Of a stretch of DNA of 32,000 bases, positions 19,267-26,943 are shown in pieces. Source of the DNA: Nanobdellota archaeon. GTDB taxonomy: Archaea; Nanobdellota; Nanobdellia; Nanobdellales; Nanobdellaceae. The notes beneath the pieces are model-generated. The model was not told where the DNA came from and did not search any database. It was given only the letters and a program-made list of their open reading frames with translations. The DNA lies in assembly GCA_042850255.1 (NCBI GenBank), contig AP031373.1:450001-482000 (forward strand). The letters run 5' to 3'. The number at the start of each line of letters is the position of its first letter. The first letter of the stretch is position 1. The translations under genes and the position numbers were made by a program.

Positions 19267-20548
19267 TGTTATTAATGAAATAATAGATTATTCAAAAAAT
19301 AGGTGGATTGCATTAGAAACTTCTAGATTAGATCAAAGAATATTTATTAGATATGATAAAGATAAAAATCCTTTAAAAATAAATAACGAAGATGAATATA
19401 AATCTTTATTTGTTAAATTTTCATATTTAAAATTTAGAACAATATATGCTACAATAAATATATATAATAAAATAGAAATAAATAAATTAAAAGATTTGAA
19501 TAATATTAAATATGTAACTCCAATATTTGATATAGATGGGACATTAGAGGATTTTGAAATAATAAAAAATGTTGCAGAAATAATTGTTTCATATTTGGAA
19601 AAATATGGTATATATAAATCTATATATTTAAAATGGAGTGGAAGAGGGATTCATGTACATATAAATGAAAAAGCATTTTCAGAATCTTTAAAGAAATATC
19701 ATCCACTAGATATTGCATTTTCAATTGTAGATTTTATATTAAAAAAAGCAAAGGATGATTTGGAAAAAGAAATTTCTAAAGCTAAAGGTAAAAGCAGAGA
19801 ATTTAAAGTAGAAAATAAAATTGATATACAAAGGGTATTTACTGTACCTTTATCATTTCATAGATTTTTAGATTATATTTGTGTAGTATTTAAACCAAAT
19901 GATATACAAAATTTTGATTTATCTTGGGCAGATTATAAAAATTATAAACATGATAAAAGATGGAGAGAATTTGAATTAGGAGAAGGGGATTCTTTAGCAG
20001 AAATTGCAATGAAAGAAATAAAAGGTTATATATCAAATTATTTAAAAAGTAGTTCGATAAAAGTTTCTGAGAAAAAAGTTAATGTTGGAAATGTTGGAAG
20101 ATTTCAAGTAATGGGATTATTACAAGCAGCAAGATATTATTTATTATATGGAGATATAAATAAGGCAAAAAGTTTTGGATTAAATAGAGCGATATTTTAC
20201 GCATGGGCAAAATATTATAGGCCAATATATAAAAGAAGTAAGAAAAATATGTTTGGAATAAAAGAAGAAAATAAAGAAGAATTTATAAAAGTTGGGGGAG
20301 AAGAAGTTCCATATGATAAAAATACAGGATACTTTTATATAGGAGATAAAGATCAAACTCCAGAAGATTATGATAAAGAAATAAAAGATAAAATAGAAAG
20401 TATAATAAATTATGATATTGCCTGGAATTATGCATTAGAATATTTAAAGAAATTTTCTAAAGAGGTATTGGAAGATCCTCAATTATTTTATAAGAAGGTT
20501 TATGAACCTGTTAGAGATAAATTCTTTGAAGAAATATTAAAAAAATAA
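19256..20548 (+). CDS. priS: Archaeo-eukaryotic primase catalytic subunit (PriS) with a ~130-aa C-terminal helical extension
   Basis: PIFDIDG (DxD), KWSGRGIHVHI (SGxGxH) and RVFTVPLSFH. The track start is 19223. The ATG at 19256 (MKPDVINEI) is the shorter alternative. Either start overlaps the GT2 gene end (19266). Confidence 0.85.
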   Translation: MKPDVINEIIDYSKNRWIALETSRLDQRIFIRYDKDKNPLKINNEDEYKSLFVKFSYLKFRTIYATINIYNKIEINKLKDLNNIKYVTPIFDIDGTLEDFEIIKNVAEIIVSYLEKYGIYKSIYLKWSGRGIHVHINEKAFSESLKKYHPLDIAFSIVDFILKKAKDDLEKEISKAKGKSREFKVENKIDIQRVFTVPLSFHRFLDYICVVFKPNDIQNFDLSWADYKNYKHDKRWREFELGEGDSLAEIAMKEIKGYISNYLKSSSIKVSEKKVNVGNVGRFQVMGLLQAARYYLLYGDINKAKSFGLNRAIFYAWAKYYRPIYKRSKKNMFGIKEENKEEFIKVGGEEVPYDKNTGYFYIGDKDQTPEDYDKEIKDKIESIINYDIAWNYALEYLKKFSKEVLEDPQLFYKKVYEPVRDKFFEEILKK

Positions 20549-20552
20549 TTAT

Positions 20553-20795
20553 CTAAATATTTAATAACCATTTATATAAAGGAATAAATTTAATATTAAT
20601 ATTATCAACTATTTTATTATCTTCATAATCCCAAGTTATAATAATTAATTCTGGTTTATATTCTTTAAATAAATTATAAGATTTAATTAATGATCTAATC
20701 TCTCTTTTATCTATTTCATCAAAATTACTAACATATGTAACCTGTATTAATTGTTTTATATTATTTCCCTCTTTTATTAAAAAATCTACTTCATA
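20553..20795 (-). repeat. Copy 2 of the ATPase 3'-end repeat
   Basis: See copy 1. The offset between copies is about 19.5 kb, on the same strand. Confidence 0.7.
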
Positions 20796-21806
20796 TTTTT
20801 GGTAATCTTTATAATAGTATATTTCTAAATTTTTATTATAATAACTCTTTCTTCTAAATAATTCAATTGCTACAGTATTTTCCATTAACTTTCCTATATT
20901 ATCTGGTAATACTTTATATCCTAATGATGTATAAAAACCGGTATCAATTAAATAAATTTTCTTAGGAGATTTATTTATTTCTCTTAATTTAAAAGAGAAG
21001 TTGTTTAAAAATATAAATAAATACGATTCTTCTAAATAATTTAGATATTTTGATGCTGTATGATCACTACCTAAATTAAAATGTTTCTTTAAAGAATTAT
21101 ATGTTGTATAATTTGATATATTTGATAATAAGTAATATGTTATATCTTTAAATGTTTTTACAAATCTTATTTTATATCTAAATATAATATCTTTTTCTAT
21201 AATATGGTTAAATAGTTCTGATAAATAAATTACAGGGTCTTCTTTATCTACTACAACTTCTGGAAATCCTCCAAAATTTATATAATCCATTAATAATTTC
21301 TTTAATCTTTCATAATCTTCATATGTATTTATTTTAAAATCATTTGCTCTTAAAAATTCTCTAAAAGAAAATGGAAATAAATCAAAAGATATAGCTCTAC
21401 CTGTTAAATGTGTTGCAATTTCTTTTGATAATAATTTAGCATTAGAACCTGTTATATAAATATCATAACCTTGATTATATAATCTATTAACAAATATTTC
21501 CCAATTGTTTAAATTTTGTATTTCATCAAATAAAATAATTTTAAAATCCTTATATAATTCTAGTAAACCTTTATATATATCATCCGGATCGTATTTTAAT
21601 ATTCTATCATCATCAAAATTTACATATGCGAAATTTTTATCTTTTAAATAATTATATATAAAGAAAGATTTTCCAGATCTTCTAACTCCAGATATTACTT
21701 TTATTAATTTAGTATTTATTATTTTTAATTCTCTTTCAACATATTTTTTAGTACTTATAATTTTATCTATATAATACCTTTGTGCACCTAAAATATCTGT
21801 AATCAT
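20553..21806 (-). CDS. AAA+ ATPase, DUF4143 type, paralogue of 1044-2318
   Basis: Walker A GVRRSGKS, Walker B ILFDEIQ and YEVDFLIKEG. The C-terminal ~80 aa are about 75% identical to the other copy. The track ORF extends to 21851, but MITDILGAQRYY (ATG 21804-21806) aligns with the paralogue. Confidence 0.85.
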   Translation of the reverse strand: MITDILGAQRYYIDKIISTKKYVERELKIINTKLIKVISGVRRSGKSFFIYNYLKDKNFAYVNFDDDRILKYDPDDIYKGLLELYKDFKIILFDEIQNLNNWEIFVNRLYNQGYDIYITGSNAKLLSKEIATHLTGRAISFDLFPFSFREFLRANDFKINTYEDYERLKKLLMDYINFGGFPEVVVDKEDPVIYLSELFNHIIEKDIIFRYKIRFVKTFKDITYYLLSNISNYTTYNSLKKHFNLGSDHTASKYLNYLEESYLFIFLNNFSFKLREINKSPKKIYLIDTGFYTSLGYKVLPDNIGKLMENTVAIELFRRKSYYNKNLEIYYYKDYQKYEVDFLIKEGNNIKQLIQVTYVSNFDEIDKREIRSLIKSYNLFKEYKPELIIITWDYEDNKIVDNINIKFIPLYKWLLNI

Positions 21807-21816
21807 AATAAATATT

Positions 21817-21846
21817 AGTGCGAACTTTTTAATAAATTTTCGCACT
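21817..21846. promoter_or_regulatory. Perfect 8-bp inverted repeat AGTGCGAA-N14-TTCGCACT spanning the TATA-like tract upstream of the ATPase gene
   Basis: The half-sites lie at 21817-21824 and 21839-21846. The spacer is ctttttaataaatt. A third TGCGAA occurs at 21861-21866. The GC-containing palindrome is conspicuous in this AT-rich DNA. Confidence 0.45.
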
Positions 21847-22080
21847 AACAATGCAAATATTGCGAAATCTCTATCAAAGGTTTATAATTTATTAAATATA
21901 TCCTTCAAAAGTTTATGGTAACATATATGGACCGATCATTTATAAATACAAGGTCTACATACATGACCACTCTTATAAGGATTGTTTCTTTTGTGAAATT
22001 AAACTTAAAATATTAATAAACAGAATTAATAAGATTTTCTAAATTATTCATTTAAACATACTTTTCAATATTATTTTTAG

Positions 22081-23520
22081 ATGGTTCAAAAGGATATTTT
22101 AATAATAAATCCTAAGAGTAATATATCTGTTGCAACTTTATGGACACAAAAAGAAATAATTCTCAGTAAATTATCTGAAGATATTAAAAATAAAATTAAT
22201 GTAATTGGAACTTTATATACATTTCCAGGAGTTAATTATATATTAGAAACATTGGATCAAAATCCTCAAATAAATAGAATAATAGTTTATGGTTTAGATG
22301 CCTCATCATCTGGTCAGGCTTTAATAGAGATATTTAATAAGAAAGATGAAGAAACATTGAGAAAATATAATATACAATTTAAATTAAATGATATATTGGA
22401 TATATTAAATACAGTAGAAATTATTGATTTAAGAAAACAATTTTTAATAAATAAACTGAATAATCTAAATGAATTAGAAAAAGTTATAAATGAAAATTAT
22501 GATACAGGAAAAAAATATAGACAAACTAAAGGGTTAAAAGTTATAGAAAAAGTAGATGAAATAGAATCTTGGCCAGAAATTATAGCTCCGATAGTTATTT
22601 ATGAATCTTCAGTATTTAATGCATGGGTAAAAGTTATTGATAGCGTATTTAAATATGGGCAAATAGTAGAAACTGAATATAACGAAAAAAGTAAGCAGAT
22701 AATGAATGTTATAACTACTATTAAATTAAATGGAGAGGAATATAAAATAGAAAAAGAATTTTTTGATTTTATACCTGAAAAAGATTTTGAAGCACATATA
22801 AAAAGTTTAAATTTAAAAAGTTCGTCAAAAGAAGTCGGTGTTGAATATAATTATGGGGAAAGGTTGAGGAATTATCATGGAATAGATCAGGTAGAGAATA
22901 TGGTAAAAAGATTAATTAAAGATAAAAATACTAGAAGAGCCTTTTCAACACTCTGGGATCCTTCTGTTGATACCGATTCATCTTATCCACCTTGTATAAC
23001 TTCAGTTCAAGGATTAATACAAAATGATTATTATTATCATACCGTTTATATTAGAAGTAATGATATGTTTAGAGGGTGGCCTTTGAATATGGTTGGTCAA
23101 ATAAAATTGGCAGAGGAGATTGTAAAAAGATATAATGAAAGAACTGGAGAAAATATAAAATTAGGATATGTGACTACAATTTCTGTTGCTGCTCATATAT
23201 ATGAACATGATTTTAAGTATGCATTAGAATTATTAAATAAATATTCTTATAGGATATATAATTTTGTTCAAGATCTTAGAGGTAATTTTCTGATTTATAT
23301 AAAAGATAATAAAGTTTGCCTAGAACAGAAGACTCCCAATAATTTATATACTTATTTCTTAGAGTGTTATAATCTAAATGAAGAGAAAAAAGCATATAAT
23401 ACTTTGAAGAGATTTTCTTATAATTTATCTCCAGATCATGCTATGTATTTAGGTTGGGAACTAGCAAAGGCATTTGAATATTTAAGGACTGGAAAAGAAT
23501 TTAAACAGGATAAAGTTTAA
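22081..23520 (+). CDS. thyA: ThyA-type thymidylate synthase fused to a ~170-aa N-terminal MtrA/DUF4346-like domain
   Basis: The C-terminal part has RRAFSTLWDP, YPPCITSVQG (catalytic Cys), IRSNDMFRGWPLNM and AAHIYEHD. The N-terminal part has ISVATLWT...NVIGTLYTFPGVNYILETLDQNPQINRIIVYGLDASSSGQAL. Confidence 0.8.
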   Translation: MVQKDILIINPKSNISVATLWTQKEIILSKLSEDIKNKINVIGTLYTFPGVNYILETLDQNPQINRIIVYGLDASSSGQALIEIFNKKDEETLRKYNIQFKLNDILDILNTVEIIDLRKQFLINKLNNLNELEKVINENYDTGKKYRQTKGLKVIEKVDEIESWPEIIAPIVIYESSVFNAWVKVIDSVFKYGQIVETEYNEKSKQIMNVITTIKLNGEEYKIEKEFFDFIPEKDFEAHIKSLNLKSSSKEVGVEYNYGERLRNYHGIDQVENMVKRLIKDKNTRRAFSTLWDPSVDTDSSYPPCITSVQGLIQNDYYYHTVYIRSNDMFRGWPLNMVGQIKLAEEIVKRYNERTGENIKLGYVTTISVAAHIYEHDFKYALELLNKYSYRIYNFVQDLRGNFLIYIKDNKVCLEQKTPNNLYTYFLECYNLNEEKKAYNTLKRFSYNLSPDHAMYLGWELAKAFEYLRTGKEFKQDKV

Positions 23521-23524
23521 AAAA

Positions 23525-23815
23525 CTAATATATATTTATTTTTCTAATCTTCTTTAAAGCACCTCTAAGCATTAGTTCTTTTTCAATATTTTCTAATAAT
23601 TCAGATAAGGTGAGATATTGAGTATAAGAGGATAAATTTGAAGGGATAATATTTGATTTTAAATCTTCATAATATCTTAATAATGTGCTTGTAGAAATTG
23701 TAGCCAATTTTGTTCTAATTTCCTTTATAACACTCTCATTTATATTTTTCATCTTTTCTTCCATTCTATTAGATATAATTTTATAATTTATATAGTTTTT
23801 GTTAACAATGAACAA
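23525..23815 (-). CDS. Small hypothetical protein (96 aa, or ~79 aa from MEEKMKN at 23764)
   Basis: ORF directly downstream of the rhomboid gene on the same strand. Helical composition. Start uncertain. Confidence 0.45.
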   Translation of the reverse strand: MFIVNKNYINYKIISNRMEEKMKNINESVIKEIRTKLATISTSTLLRYYEDLKSNIIPSNLSSYTQYLTLSELLENIEKELMLRGALKKIRKINIY

Positions 23816-23832
23816 TAAATTAAAAAATTTAG

Positions 23833-24462
23833 TTATAAATTAATTATAATATCTTCTTTTTTCTCAAATTTTCTTTTATATATATAACCATATAACATAC
23901 CAAATAATGTTCCTCCTAGATGTGCAGAAAAACCTAAGCTAGTAAATGGGTATATAATTCCTATAGCATTAAATATTATCCAAAATATTGCCGCATAAAT
24001 CATATCTATTGGTACAATTATTGGAAATATAATAACTTTCTCTTTTGGCTTTAATATTGCTAAAGCTCCCAAAATTCCTGAAATTGCACCTGAAGAACCT
24101 AGACCTGCAATTAATGGGTTATTAAAATATTGTATTAGAAATGCTATATTTCCTACAATACCAGATAAGAAAAATAATATTAGTAATTGTTTACTACCAT
24201 ATAAATATTCAAATGCTATTCCTAAGAAAAATAAAGCTAATCCATCAAATAATAATTGATAAATACCACCTGCTGCTGGAGGAGCATCTAAAAATAAAGA
24301 TGTTATAAACATCCAAGGATATTCCAATGCATAATGTGGATAAAACATTAATAAATTAAATATATTTGCTGGTAAAAATGGTTCTATAAAAAATACTATT
24401 ACCAATATTGTAACTAACCATATAGTTATTGGTATACCTAGTGGTTTATACACTTTTGACAT
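23833..24462 (-). CDS. Rhomboid-family intramembrane serine protease
   Basis: 209 aa with ~6 TM segments. GLGSSGAISGILGA holds the GxSG catalytic Ser, and FSAHLGGTLFG holds the catalytic His. Confidence 0.88.
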   Translation of the reverse strand: MSKVYKPLGIPITIWLVTILVIVFFIEPFLPANIFNLLMFYPHYALEYPWMFITSLFLDAPPAAGGIYQLLFDGLALFFLGIAFEYLYGSKQLLILFFLSGIVGNIAFLIQYFNNPLIAGLGSSGAISGILGALAILKPKEKVIIFPIIVPIDMIYAAIFWIIFNAIGIIYPFTSLGFSAHLGGTLFGMLYGYIYKRKFEKKEDIIINL

Positions 24463-24494
24463 AGTTAAAAAGTTATCTTAATATTTATATATTA
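24463..24494. promoter_or_regulatory. 32-bp divergent promoter region with one TATA-like box per strand
   Basis: On the plus strand, agTTAAAAAGttatcttaatatttatatatta precedes the ATG at 24495. On the minus strand, taaTATATAAATAttaagataactttttaact precedes the ATG at 24462. Confidence 0.45.
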
Positions 24495-26921
24495 ATGAGA
24501 TTACCTAACGATGTACTACCAACAAAATATTATATTAAATTGAATGTTGATATAGATAAATTAATATATGAAGGAGAAGAAGAAATAGATATAAAAATAT
24601 TAAGGCCTAGAAATAGAATTTATTTACATTCTAGAGAAATAAAGATTGAAAAAATTAGATTTAATAATTATACAACTAATTTTAAAAATATAGATCAAGA
24701 TACCATTGAAATAGATATAGGAAAGAAATATTCTGGAGATGGAAAATTATATATAAAATTTAAAGGAAAAGTAAGAAATGATTTAATAGGATTTTATTTA
24801 TCAAAAGGTAAAGATAAAATTTTAACTACACAATTTGAACCTACTTATGCTAGATATTTTATTCCATGTTTTGATGAACCATCTTTTAAAGCAAAGTTTG
24901 AATTAGAGGTTTCTGTAAAGAAAGATTACGATATAATATCTAATACTGAAATAGAAGAAGAAAATATAAAGGGAGATAAGAAAATAGTTAAATTTAAAGA
25001 AACACCCCCTATGTCTACATATCTATTATATTTAGGAATAGGAAAATTTGATTATTTGGAAGATAAATATAAGGATAAAAGAATAAGGATTGTCGCAGAT
25101 AAAGATAAAGCTAAAGATGGCGAATTTTCATTACAATGGGCAAAAGATGTTTTGGAATTTTATGAAAAATATTCTTCAATAGATTATCCATTAGAAAAAT
25201 TAGATTTAATTGCTGTACCAGATTTTGCTGCAGGTGCAATGGAAAATTGGGGTGCTATTACATTTAGAGAAACTGCATTATTATATAAGGAAGATACATA
25301 TTCTTTTTCTCAAAAGTTAAGGACTATGGAAGTAGTTGCACATGAGCTTTGGCACCAATGGTCTGGAAATTTAGTTACAATGAAATGGTGGGATGATTTA
25401 TGGTTAAATGAATCTTTTGCAACATATATGTCATATAAAGCTATAAGTAATGTATATCAAGATTTACCATGGGAAAGATTTTATTTAAATGAAACATATA
25501 GTGCTAAATTTGTAGATGGATTTTTAACAACACATTCTATAAAAGTAAATGTACAAAGGGAAGAGGAAATAGAAGGTATATTTGATGAAATAAGTTATGG
25601 AAAAGGAGGAAATATATTGAGAATGGTTGATAATTATTTAGGATATGATAAATTTAGATTGGCTATAATAAATTATTTAAATAAATATAAATATTCAAAT
25701 GCTACTGCTGGAGATTTATTTAGAGAATTTGAATTAGTTGGAGGTAGGGATGTTAAAATAATGATAGAAAAATGGATTAGTAAAAAAGGATATCCCATTG
25801 TTAATGTAGATTATAATAAAAATACAATATATATAAATCAATCAAGATTTTTATATAAAAGAAATGAAAATTCTAAGTGGATAATACCGTTATTTTTAGA
25901 TATAGAAAATGAAAAAATGAATATATTATTTAATAAAGGAAAAGGAAAAATAATATTAAAAAGAGAACCCGAATATTTTATATTAAATAGAGATGCTATA
26001 GGATTCTTTATTTCAAAATATAATAATATGCAGTTTATAATAAATGGATTAAAAAATAATAAATTTTCTCCATTAACTAGAGGATTAATATTACATGATC
26101 TATATTTATTAAATATATTTGGAAAAATAACAATTGATAAATTAATTGATATGATTGATTATTATAAAAATGAAGATTCGTGGTTTGTTTTAACAATATT
26201 ATTTAATATATTATATAATATAGATCTATATTTTGGATTGAGTACTAAAAAGTTTTTGAAAAAATACTCTAATATATTTGAAAGATTTAAAGATATAGAG
26301 ATAAAAGATTATCCAGAATTGAATATTAAATATTTAACATATAAGTATTTATCTTTAATAAACGATTATGATATAATTGATATATCTTTTGATAAATTTA
26401 AAGAATGGGAAAAATTAAATAATAATGAAAAAACAGTTATATCTGATGTAATTGGAATACATGGAGGAATAAATGAATTTAAAAAAATGCTAAACTTATA
26501 TATAAAATCTAATAATCCTGAAGAAAAATTGATTTTAATTAGAGGATTATCTAATTTCAGAAGAAGAAGTTTATTGGTAGAATTGTTAGATAAGGCATTA
26601 GATGGTACTATAAAATTACAGGATTGGAGGAATTTATTTACAAATGTATCAAGAAATCCGGAATCAATATATATATTATATAGTTGGATGAAGGAAAATA
26701 TTGAAGAAATTAAAAAATATGAAAAAGCATATTTAGTAATAAGGGATGTAATATATAGTTTATTTAATATATATACAGGAAATATAACAAGAGAGATAAG
26801 AGATTATTTAATTAAAAATTTACCAAAGTATAAAGATGATATATTGAAATTCTATCAATATTCAGAAGCAGTATCTGATTGGGTAAATAGAAATAAGAAA
26901 TATTTAGAAAATATATTATAA
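24495..26921 (+). CDS. M1-family zinc aminopeptidase (tricorn-interacting factor F3-like)
   Basis: 808 aa. GAMENWG exopeptidase motif and HELWHQWSGNLVTMKWWDDLWLNESFA (HExxH-x18-E), followed by a C-terminal helical ERAP1-like domain. Confidence 0.95.
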   Translation: MRLPNDVLPTKYYIKLNVDIDKLIYEGEEEIDIKILRPRNRIYLHSREIKIEKIRFNNYTTNFKNIDQDTIEIDIGKKYSGDGKLYIKFKGKVRNDLIGFYLSKGKDKILTTQFEPTYARYFIPCFDEPSFKAKFELEVSVKKDYDIISNTEIEEENIKGDKKIVKFKETPPMSTYLLYLGIGKFDYLEDKYKDKRIRIVADKDKAKDGEFSLQWAKDVLEFYEKYSSIDYPLEKLDLIAVPDFAAGAMENWGAITFRETALLYKEDTYSFSQKLRTMEVVAHELWHQWSGNLVTMKWWDDLWLNESFATYMSYKAISNVYQDLPWERFYLNETYSAKFVDGFLTTHSIKVNVQREEEIEGIFDEISYGKGGNILRMVDNYLGYDKFRLAIINYLNKYKYSNATAGDLFREFELVGGRDVKIMIEKWISKKGYPIVNVDYNKNTIYINQSRFLYKRNENSKWIIPLFLDIENEKMNILFNKGKGKIILKREPEYFILNRDAIGFFISKYNNMQFIINGLKNNKFSPLTRGLILHDLYLLNIFGKITIDKLIDMIDYYKNEDSWFVLTILFNILYNIDLYFGLSTKKFLKKYSNIFERFKDIEIKDYPELNIKYLTYKYLSLINDYDIIDISFDKFKEWEKLNNNEKTVISDVIGIHGGINEFKKMLNLYIKSNNPEEKLILIRGLSNFRRRSLLVELLDKALDGTIKLQDWRNLFTNVSRNPESIYILYSWMKENIEEIKKYEKAYLVIRDVIYSLFNIYTGNITREIRDYLIKNLPKYKDDILKFYQYSEAVSDWVNRNKKYLENIL

Positions 26922-26943
26922 ATTTTTTTATAATTATTAATCA

